From NCBI GenBank assembly GCA_951406725.2, contig OX597814.1, positions 170,500,001 through 170,564,000 of the forward strand: a stretch of DNA of 64,000 nt, written 5' to 3'. The translations under genes were made by a program, and so were the position numbers. This document shows, in pieces, positions 37,810 to 51,789 of the stretch (position 1 is its first letter; each line of letters begins with the position of its first letter). The notes under the pieces were generated by a model. It was not told the origin of the DNA, did not search any database, and saw nothing but the letters and a program-made list of their open reading frames with translations. Source of the stretch: Octopus vulgaris (Eukaryota).

Positions 37810-38140
37810 TATAGCTAAAACCCTAACCCTAAAGCCTTAAAACCAGTACAGACACACGAACGATGTCATAAATAACAGTGACAAACAAAAAATACACCGC
37901 TGATAGTTGTTGACAAACAACGGCAATAATTTTATTCAGCTGAATACACGTCATTGATTGGTTGAAATTACCGAAATACGAGAATTTTACGGTGAAATTA
38001 CTTCGTAAGTATAAGTGTTTCTCAAAAATGCTAACAGTAAAACATGTTTTATATGACACATTCTACTAGTGTCCGAAGTTTGAAAGTGTTTAGTTACAAA
38101 AGATTATTTTTTAAATCTGTAGGTCAAAAGGTAAAGATCC
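37810..38140. mobile_element. Half copy of the GGATC MITE family
   Basis: CCCTAACCCTAA at ~37821; ends GGTCAAAAGGTAAAGATCC. Confidence 0.75.
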
Positions 38141-38865
38141 TAAATTTACTATAAAGATACTAATTTAATGCATGGAATTCATTGAATGATTCAGCAAAGG
38201 GCAACTGTTTCGATGTTAGACATGCAGTATCAGCTGTATGTATTAACGCATAACACTGTTAAAAGCACGGGACAAGAGTTCAGCTCCATAAATACATAAA
38301 ATATATCGAAACAGAGGCAGATGTTAAACTGCTTTCTTTAGGTGTCATAATAAAAGGAAAGTGTGCATGTGTGTATTAAGTTGCTTGCTTGTTCGTTTTG
38401 CCTTTAATGATTAGGCTAATTTAAAGAGGTATTTAATTCTATGAGAGTGTATAAAACAGTAATAATTATTTCTTTTATTGACCACAAGGTTATAAAATAC
38501 TAATAATGGATATATATATGATTGTGTGTGTATGTATGTATGTGTTAAAAGGAAGTCTTTGAAAATACAAATATGTACATAGTGTTGTATATATAATACT
38601 GTTTGTATTATTGTTTTCAGGCAGACATAGGTACAGTCCACTGAGGTTCTTTCGCCCTTACAGACGAGTGTGCGTGTGTGATTGCTGGTCTATGTGTTTA
38701 TGTATGTATCTGTATATATACACGTACATATTTAAATTTGTAACCTTCTGTTTCGTTCTTTTAAATTCATATACGTATGTGTTAGGGTACATGTGTGTGA
38801 GTGTGTATAATAATAATGAAATTATTGTATACAGTACTCAGGTGCACCACAAAAAAAAGATACGT

Positions 38866-38937
38866 AGGTTCTACCGAGACTTGAACTCGGATCGCTGGAT
38901 TCAGAGTCCAGAGTGCTAACCATTACACCATAGAACC
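38866..38937 (-). tRNA. trnQ-CTG: tRNA-Gln (anticodon CTG)
   Basis: GGTTCTATGGTGTAATGGTTAGCACTCTGGACTCTGAATCCAGCGATCCGAGTTCAAGTCTCGGTAGAACCT, 72 nt with a complete cloverleaf. T8 Pol III terminator 7 nt downstream. Confidence 0.96.
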
Positions 38938-38944
38938 TCACTTA

Positions 38945-38977
38945 CATATATTATATATTTATATATATGTGTGTGTG

Positions 38978-39028
<51 letters not shown>

Positions 39029-39102
39029 TGTATGTGTATACATACATATGTATATAATCTATTTGTATGTATACACACGTGTGTGTATACATACATACAC
39101 AC

Positions 39103-39143
<41 letters not shown>

Positions 39144-39195
39144 TATATGGATAGATAGATAGATACATAAATGTGTGTGTGTGTGTGTGTATATA
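38945..39195. repeat. (TA)n/(TG)n/(GATA)n compound microsatellite
   Basis: Directly visible. Confidence 0.95.
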
Positions 39196-39696
39196 ATTTC
39201 TGTAATATTTTGCTCCTATACTTTTTTTAAAAATTTAGATGAATGTATACATTATATTTTATCTCTGCTTATATACACACATAACCGCTCACACACGCGC
39301 AGCCCATTTATGGGATAGGAAATATTCTTTAAGATCGTCTCTAAACCTACATTGATTTCATTCTCGCTAAAATCAATTTTGTCAGTGTAACAGACGTATA
39401 TTAGTTGGGGTCGATGAAACTTACGTTTTAAGCCAATATACGTAATATTGGATCGGAAGCTGTAGATTTATAGTCTGGCAGCTTGTAAACAGCCGTTATT
39501 ACATTACAACCACGTTATTTCCATAACCTTAAGGCTGGTGTATAGGCGGAGAGAAAGCTATCGATTTATTTATGGCTAGCGGATAGTTGAATAGCTTAGT
39601 GGGTAGTTTCTATTAAAGACTGGCTTTTGGTTAATCCGTTGTCCAATGTAACACCATCACATGGCCATACGGTGTCTTTGTAGGAGTTAACTTTGT

Positions 39697-40451
39697 GGAT
39701 CTTTTCCTTTTGAACGGCACTTTTCAACACAATTTCTAGTTAACTAAACACTTTAAAACTTCGTATACTGGTAGAATGTGTCAAAATAAAACATTTTTTT
39801 CTCTTGGCTTTCTTGAGTAAATTGTAATTTGCTTGTTTAACGTAGTTTAATTTTTCGAATTTTAACCAATGAATCGCCTCTAGTGAGCTAAAATCATTTG
39901 CTGCGTCTAAAACTGAGACAACATCCTGTCACTAACCCTAACCCTCACCCTCACCCTAATCCTAACCCTAATTTTTTTTTCTTAATTGTTAAATTAATTT
40001 AATTGTTACGCGTGTAAAAAAAAACAAAAGGCTAAAACGAAAGCAATGGAAAATAATTTAAACATTAACAAACAAAATAATTCTATAATTTTATACACAT
40101 GCTTTCGTTTTAGCCTTTCGTTTTTTTCTTAATTGTTATCCTTAAATTAATTTAACAATTAAGCAAAAAAAAACCAAAGGCTAAAATTTAGGGTGAGGGT
40201 GTGGGTTAGGGTTAGTGACAGGATGTTGTCTCAGTTTTAGACGCAGCAAATGATTTTAGCTCAATTAGAGGCAATTGACTGGTTAAAATTCGAAAAATTA
40301 AACTACTTTAAACAAACGAATTACAATTTTATCAAGAAAGCCAAGAGAAAAAAACGTTTTATTTTGACACATTCTACCAGTATACGAAGTTTTAAACTGT
40401 TTAGTTAACTAGAAATTGTGTTGAAAAGTGCCGTTCAAAAGGAAAAGATCC
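39697..40451. mobile_element. Foldback-type non-autonomous DNA transposon with ~270-bp TIRs ending internally in telomere-like repeats
   Basis: GGATCTTTTCCTTTTGAACGGCAC / GTGCCGTTCAAAAGGAAAAGATCC. TTAACTTTGT flanks both sides (39687-39696 and 40453-40462). Confidence 0.92.
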
Positions 40452-41682
40452 ATTAACTTTGTTGCTAGTTATCATGATACGCTGCTTAGTACTGCAGCAT
40501 GCTCCGTCCGAGTCCCTTGTTTCCGTTATCAGTCTTTGAGTCTTTTTACAAGAGGTGATGGATGTCGCCTCTGATATAATCATAACAATAATATTTTAAT
40601 AGTGTTGTGGGTAACCTGCAGCCCACGGGACTTTCTGAATGGCACGTGTTGAATATTTTTTAGTAACGTAGCCTGCCTCATGCGTCAGTATCACAAAAAA
40701 AAAAGTTTTCCCATTCTTGTTTTAATACGACCTTTAAACAAAACCATCTTGAAAGGATAAGATCAGAGAGAGAGAGAGAGAGAGTTAGACATGCATAGAG
40801 ATGTGTGTGTGTGTAAACGAGTAAAAGAGCGATGAGTATGGCACCAAATGGTCAGTCTATCCACTGGTCAGAAACCAGCTAAGATAGGAATTGGAGATAT
40901 AAAATGTTTGGAACGATTCTCAGACTTATCTCTTGGTGATTTATAACACTTTAAATCGGTATCCAACATCTTCAGCTTTCACTTGTCTTTCAAACATTGG
41001 AGGCTCACTAAATGAAAGACCAATCTTGACTTGAAGCGTACGTGAAATGCATTTGTTCTCGAAGTCTGCTTCTAATGTAAAAATAGCTTCCATATCTTTT
41101 TGTCTTTCCTTGGTGAGAAAATCTCAGATCAGACATTTTTGTTTAAATCTTCATTTATTAGGAAAGTTGGATTGTTGATTCTTCTTAACCAATTTGAACG
41201 GCAACATGTCAACAAAATTTCTAGTTAACTAAACACTTTAAAACTTCGTATACTGGTAGAATGTGTCAAAATAAAACATTTTTTTCTCTTGGCTTTCTTG
41301 ATAAAATTGTAATTCGTTTGTTTAACGTAGTTTAATTTTTCGAATTTTAACCAATCAATTGCCTCTAATTGAGCTAAAATCATTCCTTTTATTTACTTAT
41401 TCTGATGATATTCCTGGTGCATGTATTTATGAATTTAAGGGACTTTACTACTGTTACTGCCGGTGCAACTCACTTTCACTTTTTTTTTACAACACTAAAC
41501 TGTACGCTAACCCAAATTGTAACCAGGTTAAAGAAAAGTACAAAAATGATAGAAATTACCAAAGGATGTCGATTATGCAAAGATTTGATAACTATAAACT
41601 CTAAAACACCAAAAATTCAATAATAAACATATGCTCGTCTTTGGAAATTCCACTTTTGAATGGACGCATTAATCTATGACTA

Positions 41683-42138
41683 CTATTTGTTGTTGACATT
41701 GAATTCTGTGTTTGCTTTGATATATATCTTAGGACAATTTTCGTGTGATGTAGTAACAGTCAGACACAAATTTTGAAATGTATAACCTGTACAAGAATTG
41801 TATTGGTTCATTTTGCACAAAAAAAAAAGAATGTTTGACTATTCAGGCCAGCATTTAAAAAAAATAATAATAATTTACCTAGAATATATGTTGAATTTTT
41901 TGAAGAGGATTCAAAAAGTGTGATGTATGTGACATTGCATAAAAGTTTTTCTACCTGAAAATATGAACAGCTAATTCTTCTGAATTTCTCTAGAGCAGCA
42001 TAATAAAGCATCACGGTACTGATTTACATTGATCTCGAAATTTCAGAAAATGCTAATAAGTTTGGTGGACAACAACGTCTGAAGTCAAAAGTTCACATTT
42101 ACCTGATGTGATGTGTGTGACAAAAATGGATGTGACAT
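41683..42138 (-). CDS. Speculative 3-exon small ORF (71 aa, unknown function)
   Basis: Exons 42138-42103, 41954-41879 and 41786-41683. GTAAAT donors, TTTTCAG/TGTACAG acceptors, compatible phases. No recognisable homology. Confidence 0.22.
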
Positions 42139-42394
42139 TTTCAAGAAACAATATTTTCAATATCTTCCAAGTTGCATAGATCTGGAAGAACTTGCCCTAG
42201 TATTGACATCTGGTTGAAAATGAACCATTTCAACATAACTTTAGAGGTATATAATGATTTTTTCGAGCATTCTAAAAATTTTTGAAAATTCATGAGAACA
42301 GCCCCTGAGCATAAAGTTCACTTCCATTTATGTTGCACAATTTCTGAAGCATTCTGTATAACTGGAACTTTCATAGTTTCATACTTTTAATAGA

Positions 42395-42781
42395 GCGGAG
42401 GCGCAATGGCCCAGTGGTTAGGGCAGTGGACTCGCAGTCATAGGATCGTGGTTTCGATTCCCAGACTGGGTGTTGTGAGTGTTTATTGAGCGAAAACACC
42501 TAAAGCTCCACGAGGCTCTGGCAGGGGTTGTGGCGAACCCTGCTGTACTCTTTTACCATAACTTTCTCTCACTCTATCTTCCTGTTTCTGTTGTACCTGT
42601 ATTTCAAAGGGCCAGCCTTGTCACACTCTGTGTCACGCTGAATCTCCCCCGAGGACTACGTTAAGGGTACACATGTCTGTGGAATGCTCAGCCACTTGCA
42701 TGTTAATTTCACGAGCAGGCTGTTCCATTGATCGGATCAACTGGAACCCTCGTCATCGTCGTAACCGACAGAGTGCCAACA
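42395..42781 (+). mobile_element. tRNA-derived SINE (OR-like), full length
   Basis: 12-bp TSD ACTTTTAATAGA at 42383 and 42782. Confidence 0.92.
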
Positions 42782-42875
42782 ACTTTTAATAGAATCTGAC
42801 CCAAGAAATAAGCTGTTCCTTAATACATCCCATCATGCTGATACACAGTTGTAATAAAATGTTCTCTGTCTACAC

Positions 42876-43059
42876 CAGTGCTCTGCAACTGGTATGCTGT
42901 GGCACACTGGTGTGCCACGAGCTGATGCTAGGCATGCTGCAGTGTAACTTGAATATAATTTTTTCCACGATACTTTTAGTTATATTTTTGATTCAGGTGT
43001 ACTGCCGAATTTTGTTAAAAATAGTGTAGCGCAAGGGAAAAAAAGGTTGTGGAGCACTA
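42876..43059. mobile_element. hAT MITE
   Basis: CAGTGCTCTGCAAC / GTTGTGGAGCACTA TIRs with 8-bp TSD GTCTACAC. Confidence 0.9.
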
Positions 43060-44604
43060 GTCTACACGGCATGGATATAGCGACCTGTCACTGTTGAAGC
43101 TCGGTGAGGTAGTGTTTCAAAATACTTAGTAAAATAACTTTTGAGAACAATTATAAATTAATATTCAACGACATGGCACAGTTCTAAGTCAATTGGCTCT
43201 CAACGATATTTTGTCTATGGAGCCCTTTAATTATTATTTTATTCTGGTGAACCCCATAGCTATTCAATGTTTAAAAACTAATTTTATCTATATACTACTT
43301 TCAAAATTCTTATTTTACTTTTCACACATTGTGCAGGTTGAACTATGTAAAATGTCAGAAAAAGAAACTAAGTGGTTTCTTGCAATAAATACATCTAAAG
43401 CAAAGTTTTTTCACGAACTCTTAAAATATTACTGTAAGTCTTCAATTTACTATTTTGTTTGAGGAACCCCACCTCACAAAATCTTATATGGATCACTAAG
43501 GGTCGCATCGACCTCCAGTTGAGAACCACTGCTTTAAGATAAGGTATCATGTCTAAATATACAATGTCTCCTTTCCAATTCTCTATTACTGTTAGCGTTG
43601 ATGTTTAAGTAAAGGAAACAATAACCAATAAACTTTTATAGAAGAGTCGATAAAACTTTCAAGAAAAACCATGAACCACCCAACAGAGATGCACAGAGAC
43701 AGAGTAAGACAGGAAGAAAGAGGAGAAGGAGGGGGATTTAGCTGGCTTACCAAATGTCCCGAAATTAGCCGGAACAGACCTGATTTAGAGTCTTTGCACT
43801 GATCTGTCTATAAGCTCATTCAGGAAAGATATATTAATGTCTAATGTAATGGGGACCTTTTAAAACTTAATGGGATATTAAGAGATTATAGAATTAGTCG
43901 TACGTGTGATTCTGTATGTCCAATAAATACTAAAACAAGAGAGTCAGAAGAATGGAAGAGGAAGTTTGCGAAACTAATGCAGGCGTATAGAGAGGAACTA
44001 AAGCAGATACTGCGTTAGTTAGAAAGCGGGTTACTGTGATATACATACTGAAAATTCTTCTTTCTTTTAAGATACATAATAATATGTATCTCTTTTGAGA
44101 TTAATAACAACAACAACAATAATAATAATAATAATAATCCTTTCTACTATAGGTACAAGGCCAGTAATTTTGGGGGAAGGGAGCTAGTTAATTACATTGA
44201 CTCCAGTGCTTGACTGGTGCTTAATTTATTGACTCCGAAGGATGAAAGACAAAGTCGACTTCGGGGGAATTTGAACGTAGGAACTAAGACTGATGAAATG
44301 CCACTTAGCACTCTATCCGGTGTGCTGAAGATTCTGCCAGCTCGTGAATTTTTGTTTCCTTTTCCCCTTTATTTTCTTTGGTTTCTTATTTTCATTTTTC
44401 CCTTTTTTTTTCTTTCTTCTTTTTTCTCTGTTTTTCTTAACCCTTTTTTTTTTTTCTATCACATAACTTTGTGAATGAACAAGCTGGTGTCTTTATTTTA
44501 ATGGCCTACCAATGTATACAGTGAGTTTCTTTGTTCCAAGTGTCGGGAAGACACTTAGCAAGAAATGGAAACAAAATTGAAAGACGATGATGATGATGAT
44601 GAGG

Positions 44605-44659
<55 letters not shown>

Positions 44660-44660
<1 letters not shown>

Positions 44661-45092
44661 TGACAATAGGTGGTATAAACATGTGCCAAACAAGGTACAA
44701 GACAATGACCAGGCCACAATTATCTGGGATATGCCAGTTCAAACCGACATAGAAATAAAAGCTAATTGCCCAGACATAATAATCGAGGACTGGGGTTGGG
44801 GGAACACTTGCTTACTGATAGACATTGCAGTCTTTTCAAATCAAAATATTGTCCAAAAAGGAGTGGAGAAATTGTCAAAGCACAAAGACCTCAAAATTGA
44901 AGTATTCAAGACTTGAGGCATGAAGGCGAAAACAATACCAGTAATAATTGGAGTACTGGGCATAATAAAAAAAAAAGACATATGAACAAAAACGTAGAAG
45001 CTATACCTGGATCCTCAAGTCTACACACTATCCAAAAAATAGCCCTGCTAGGAACAACCCACATCCTACACAAGACATTATCAATTCAATAA
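44660..45092 (+). mobile_element. R4/Dong-clade non-LTR fragment (restriction-like endonuclease) next to (TAA)n
   Basis: WYKHVP...IIWDMPVQTD..IKANCPDII...CLLIDIAV...EKLSKHKDL...IPVIIGVLG...IQKIALLGTTHIL. Confidence 0.85.
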
Positions 45093-45559
45093 TACAATCT
45101 AAACAAAATAACCCACAAACACAAGACACACTCTATAAAGCAATTATCCAGTGAAATAAACTTCCACTAGCAAACTAGATAACCAATGCATTACACACTC
45201 AACACACAATACAAGCCGTAATACAACAAAAGACTGCACCATACCTCAAGAGAAAAAAAAAGCTAACACAATACAATACTGGGAAGAGTTTGTGCACTCC
45301 CAACAATGGAAAAGAACACACAATATTGTACACACCCCAACAATACAGAAGTATAGCAGATGATGCAGTAGAAATTTGCCTCAAACTACCAAATGTTAAA
45401 CAATTACTATATTTTAACGTAACGTAAAATTTGGAAAAAAAGGTTTTGTAAGGAATTATAATACTATCCATGTATAAGAAACTCACATATTTTAAGCCTA
45501 ATTTTTGACAAAAAAGGGTTCCTTATACACGTTAAAATATGGTATATAATAATGATAAT

Positions 45560-46800
45560 AACGTGGTCACAAAAAAGCCATATTTGCATATGCGGACATC
45601 ACCTTCATGGAGATTGAACACTTAAGGTATAGGGGCGCTCAGCAACATACAGGAAGCACACATGGCATTAACAGAATGACGTATCGACTGAGAAACAAGC
45701 GTGAAGTTGCAATCTGTGGGCTTGCAACTTTGCATCTGGAGAGGCAAGTTCTTGACAGCCGGTAGGTGTTCCTTAGTTTTTAACCCTCGATTATGAGGGT
45801 TAAGAACTGAGAAGTGATCACAAGCTGATGGCCAGTCCCATTAAAAAATTGACCAGAAGAAAGTTATCCCTGAAAGGTCAGGCGGAAGTGTAAACATTTA
45901 CACATCTCGGTGATGTACCAATGCCTGAAGCGGAATGTTTTACAAGAAGAATCTAGTCAAATGTCTGTCAGGAAATTCATCTAATACTAACACACATTCA
46001 CTCCTATCATTGCATGCACCAGAGACTGATGCAACTGGGAAATACCTTGACCACTGCAACAATGACTATCACAACCAAAGCAAATCCGAATTATTGTGGG
46101 TTCCTTTTGTGAAACACGTCTTTCTGCAACACATCTCTTTGACCGAACTACAACTATGGGCCAAGGGTGTGGCTGTGTGGTAAGTAGCTTGCTTACCAAT
46201 CACATGGTTCCAGGTTCAGTCCCACTGTGTGGCACCTTGGGCAAGTGTCTTCTACTATAGCCTCGGGTCGACCAAAGCCTTGTGAGTGGATTTGGTTGAC
46301 GGAAACTGAAAGAAGCCCGTCATATATATGTATATATACGTGTATGTGTGTGTATATGTTTGTGTGTCTGTGTTTGTCCCCTCCAACATCGCCTGACAAC
46401 CGATGCTGGGGTGTTTATGTCCCCGTAACTTAGTGGTTCAGCAAAAGGGACCAATAGAATAAGTACTGGGCTTACAAAGAATAAGTCCTGGGGTAGATTT
46501 GTTCGACTAAAGGCAGTGCTCCAGCATGGCTGCAATCAAATGACTGAAACAAGTAAAAGAGTAAAAGAATTGGGTGTTTGTCATCTACAGTGTTGTCAGG
46601 TACTCACGGTTCTCTATCCACTGGTCAATGCAGTCTGTAGAAAAACCTAGCATTCTATATAATATTAGTGAAGGGTATGTGCGGCGATGGTCTGGAAATG
46701 GCTCTGGGTGTCGCCGAGAACAATTTGCATAGTCCCTTTTGGAGGGCTTTCAAGATGAAGACTATAGCCAACTCCCAAAAGCTTTTGACATAGCAATGAT
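45560..46800 (+). mobile_element. Highly decayed Tx1-like RT relic, split by a SINE at 46163-46570
   Basis: FAYADI and RRKLSLKGQAEV. A related C-terminal piece lies at ~47380-47520. Confidence 0.5.
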
Positions 46801-48167
46801 ACAGGAGGGGTGAGTGGGCATTGGGTGTTACTAAGCTCTACTGGAATGAAGTGCCAACAAGCAAACTTTTATGACTTGCAAGCTGAGCGACGAAACCATT
46901 CTGCACACCATCAGTCAGTCAGTGTCCATGCATAACTGACTTGGGGACTTAGATCGAACAGCTAAAATCTGTAGTGTGATGGAGGAAAAGGACAACAGAT
47001 AAAAGAAGCAAACAGGAGAAAGAAATACAAAAGGCCTTACCTGTTAACCTCGGTGGAATGAGCGATCACTCTCAAGAAATAAATCCGAATCCAAATTCGG
47101 ATTCTCAAGAAATAAACACGTCCTTTCACGCTGCCGTCTCTGCTCGAACTGACCACACGTGCTTCCTGCCCACGCATGCCCCATGCCTGAGCCACCGGCC
47201 CCTGCAGTGCTCACTTCCGTCTACCTCATCTGCAATCCCCTCCACCAACATCACATAGCTCCATCACAGCCCATAACACTACTAACACCACAAAATCAAT
47301 CCTCATCTCTCCTTTGGTTGGGAACAACAACCATTCTTCCTCTACCTAGTGGCTGTGGTGAAAGAAGTAAGGATATTGCATTTGAAAGTTTGAAGGCCAG
47401 AGATTTCCCTTTCAGGCCACGTTCTCATCAACTTCTTCAAGAGGAAACATAAGAGTAGAAAGGGAAAGACTTTAACGAAAGGTGGGTGAAAACAGAAGAT
47501 CTGATGAGGTTGATGGGGCCTTCTCCAAAAAAGCTTTTCTGAATAGAAGATACTAGGAGAAGGCCTTTTAATGTCTTCAATGCACTGAGTAATTCAAGGC
47601 TTTGCATAGGATTTTAACCCAGGTCGGCTTCAAACTAAGAAGCCTACGATGAAAGACGTTCAAGTCATGACTATCAGTCCTTTTTCTTTCTTTTTTTTTT
47701 CCTTTCTCAAACGTATTTTATTTAGAGCTATATTATTGAACTTGTGAGACCTTTCATATGTCACAAGAGATATTTGGTTGTCGTTTCTAGGTGGTCGAAC
47801 GACCTATTAGAGGCGCTTTTATAGACTTGATCTTAGTTTGTTTTCACTGGTTGCAACCAGCTAGTAGTTTTTTCTTTTTTTTTTTTTTTACTTTTAAAGT
47901 TTCATCTATAAATCAGTGCAGTTTTTCAACACTCCTGTTGGAATAATTAATAATCCTTTGAAATTTGGTGGGAGGGGGCCAATCGATTAGATCGACCTCA
48001 AAAGGGTGCAAACAAAGTTGACCTCAGTGCAATTTGAACTCAGGACGTAAAGACGGGTGAAATATCATTATGCATTTCGCCCAGTGTGCTAACGATTCTG
48101 CCAGCTTGCAGATGGAGTATCTACAGATTTAAATATCCAGCTTATACATACATTTGATACGACCATA

Positions 48168-48328
48168 GGCGCAGGCATGGCTGTGTGATAAGAAGTTTCC
48201 TTCTTAACCACATGGTTCCAGGTTCAGTCCGACTGCGACACCTTGGGCAAATGTTTTCTGCTGTAGTCTCATGCCAACCAAAGCACTGTGAGTGGATTTG
48301 GTAGACGGAAACTGATAGAAGCTTGTCG

Positions 48329-48393
<65 letters not shown>

Positions 48394-48438
48394 ATACACA
48401 CATATATACTAAACATAAATGTATACATAATATGTATG

Positions 48439-48475
<37 letters not shown>

Positions 48476-48895
48476 TCTTTACTCTCTTTTACTCTTTTAC
48501 TTGTTTCAGTCATGTGACTGTGACCATGCTGGAGCACCGCCTTTAGTTGAGCAAATGAACCGCAGGACTTATTCTTTGGAAGCCCAGTATTTATTCTATT
48601 GGTTCTTTTGCCGAACTGCTAAGTTACAGGGACGTAAACACACCAGCATTCGTTGTCAAGCGATGTTGGGGGAGAGGGGGACAAACACAGACACAAACAT
48701 ACACACACACATACATTTATATATATGCATATATATGACAGGCTTCTTTCAGTTTCCATCTACCAAATCCACTCACAAGGCTTTGGTTGGCCCAAGGCTA
48801 TAGTTGAAGACACTTGCCCAAGGTGCCACGCAGTGGGACTGAACCCGGAACCATGTGGTTCGTAAGCAAGCTACTACACAACCACTCCTGCGCCT
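48168..48895. mobile_element. Two GGCTGTGTGGTAAG-family SINEs in inverted orientation (48168-48420 +; 48473-48895 -)
   Basis: Family match. Confidence 0.85.
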
Positions 48896-49149
48896 ACATA
48901 TATATATATAAATGGTACCTTTCTAATTTGGTAACAGTTAAAATCTCAGGCAGATATTTTAACAAAATGCAATTTTTCTTACAAGGGAGAATACTCTTAG
49001 CATCAGCTTGTATTATCTCCCTTTTCAACAACCTTAAGTGTAATATTTGTGAGAGTCAAGTTAGACTCCAGTCTTTTTTGTTGCGATATCTATTACACTT
49101 TTGCCACTGCTCTAAGTAAATTACAGGGGAATATTATAATATTTATAAT

Positions 49150-49495
49150 CCAAACTGGTTGAGTGGTTAAGGTGTCCTCCAGCTTGACTCACCAGTCTAC
49201 CGTTCACACCCTGCAATATCTCTGAACCATTCACGTACTTCTAAACGCATCGGTTAACTCCGTTGGGGCAATAAACATTTAATACTATGATGCGACAAGG
49301 GAACCTCTACGCAGTCGCTCGACCTGCTAGAATTAACAGCCAAGTCTAATTCAAATCACATCTTAAAAAGAGGGAAGGACACATTAAATAATGTAATCTG
49401 AGATACTCCTAAAAACGCGGTACGGACGTAGCTTGAAGGCATTTATTTGGTCGCAAGTCTGCTCAATCAAAGTTGATTTGAGGTTAACCGACATC
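49150..49495 (+). mobile_element. Old tRNA-headed SINE (GACCTGCTAGAAATAGCAGCCAA family)
   Basis: The core motif recurs at ~32430, 52485, 56185 (+) and 47775, 60525 (-). A-box-like TGGTTGAGTGG. Confidence 0.55.
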
Positions 49496-49877
49496 ATAAT
49501 ACTCCACAAAGGTTACCGAGGATGGCCTAGAATTTTCTCCGATTGGTCTCATCTACTAAAACAAATGGAAATCAGATTCAAACAACGTTTACTTGGACAA
49601 TGCACAAGCAATGTTTGTTGGGCTGCTCATTGCAAGGTTCTTGTCATCGTTTGTGGTTCGCTTTACCGAGATGTCAGATGATGCCCCGTGAGGGGTGCTT
49701 GGCTTTTCCAACGCCTAAGCCTCGCCATCGCCAGTGGTAATTCCGCGAGCGTGATTGCTTGCTTCAGTACGAGGTGTGCGACCAACTGTGGCACTTGGTA
49801 CTGCCTTGATGCTTTTACTTTCTCCCTTTTTTTTTGTTTGTTTTTGGTCTGTATAGATTATACAACAAAATATTAGC

Positions 49878-49943
<66 letters not shown>

Positions 49944-50399
49944 GTATGTAATGATCAAAAGAAAAAAAGAAGATTCAGGTACCTGAAGTAGTGACTAATT
50001 CGATCGTGGGTTTCATATATCATTGGAAGTTTGACTATTATTTCTCACTCATCGAACAGCCACTTAGAAGCTCCCTTGATGGCTGAAAATGCAGAGGTGA
50101 AGGGAGGAGAAGAATTTAATGAGCTTGAGTTGAAAGGGTATGCAGATAGCTCTTAGGAGTAGAAGCTGTTGTAAAAAAGAGGAAACAACAGGTCTGTGAG
50201 TCTGTAGTTTATAGTGTGTGTACACACATACGTGCATGTGTGAGTGAGGGAATTCATCATTCACACTCAGTCAAATAGTCACCTTTCAGATTTATTCTGG
50301 GATATACAGCTGCTGCATTATCCCATAAATGTGAGCACTATTTTTGTGTGGGTCTTACGTGAGGGTTTGCAACTGATCAGGGCTGACGTATATTTCTTG

Positions 50400-51735
50400 G
50401 TTCTAGAAATTCTCACCATTGTGATACCATTATAAAGATGATATATATGTAGAGCTACCATAAGAGATTGTGAAGTCTAGTATTTGTAACAATTTTGATG
50501 GTTTTAAGTATGTCTTATTTATGACTAACCAGTGTGAGGTACAAAGCAGTTTGCTGTTTAATCATAGAGTGCTATTGAAAAGACAAGAGTATCAAATTCT
50601 TGCTGAAGGATCTTCTCAAAATATCTGCTGAGGGTTCAGTGTATGTTTGGTGTGTGGTGTTTAAAAGCATGTAGATAGCTCCCAGGTGTAGAAGAGTAAG
50701 AAACAATAAATGGTGAGATCAGCTATATAGGTGAAGTGATTATAAGATTATCTGAAGTGATTATAAGGTGTATAGAAGGAACAATGTTGGAAACATAACA
50801 GAACCTTGAGATACACCAGAGATAGTAGAATGTGAAATGGAGAGAGTCTTTTTGGTGCTCTGCGCAAAGTTGCTGTCTAACAGGTAATGTCTAACTTAAG
50901 AAACGAAAGATAGTCAGAGACCATAGGCAGGCAATTTAGCTTGGAAATTTTCATCATTTCATTGCTTATTTGAAGGAAGTATGGGGATCATTTAGCAGTT
51001 TTTCACCTCTCCACACAGCTTTTTGCATTTTCTTCAACAATAGGAAGTATGAAAGAGGTACACCAAAGTTGATAGTAGATGACGTCTTTTGAGCATTTAG
51101 GTTTTAGGTGGCAGAGAGTAGACAAAGCAGTGTTCCACAGTCCGGATTGTTTTTCTTTATTGGCAGGTAGCTGAGCCACAGCTGTAATCCCATCTAAGTG
51201 AAGTAGATTTTGATCATCCCACTCTTGTTCTTAGGTAAATGAGTGTCTTCCAATGAACCCATAGTGCTTCTGAATCAGGAATGAGATCTTTGGCAGGGGT
51301 AGAAAAGGTTTCCATCTTGGAGAAGGATTGTTCTGAAACTCCCCCTGCCAGAAACGTAAAGTCTGGTCTCTTCTCAAAGTATTAGACATGGATGAAGAAG
51401 CTTCTTCATAATTTCTGTCATTAGGCTAGCCTAAATTTGATATCCATGGAGAAAATTATGTTCTTCATTAACAGCTTTGTTATCTTGACTCAACTGGCAA
51501 CTTCTTACCTGATATCAGCAGGACCAATGCCAGCAAGGAAATGCAGGTTGATTTTATTGGTGAGTTTCATGCAACCAGTGATTAGGGAGCTTGTATTGTT
51601 CGAATCCAAGTCAAGATTCTTAACATGGGTTGATCCTCCCCGAACAGGACATGCATATTCTACAGTGGAATAGAGCTAGATGTGAGAGGTATGTTCTGTG
51701 TGATATTATTTTGAGAACTGACATTCAATTTATTT

Positions 51736-51789
<54 letters not shown>

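Noticed and set aside
42395-42475. tRNA-Arg-like sequence (also at 8330-8405, 11360-11445 and 54925-54995)
   Set aside because: The acceptor stems do not pair and the sequences continue into SINE bodies or repeats, so they are not tRNA genes.
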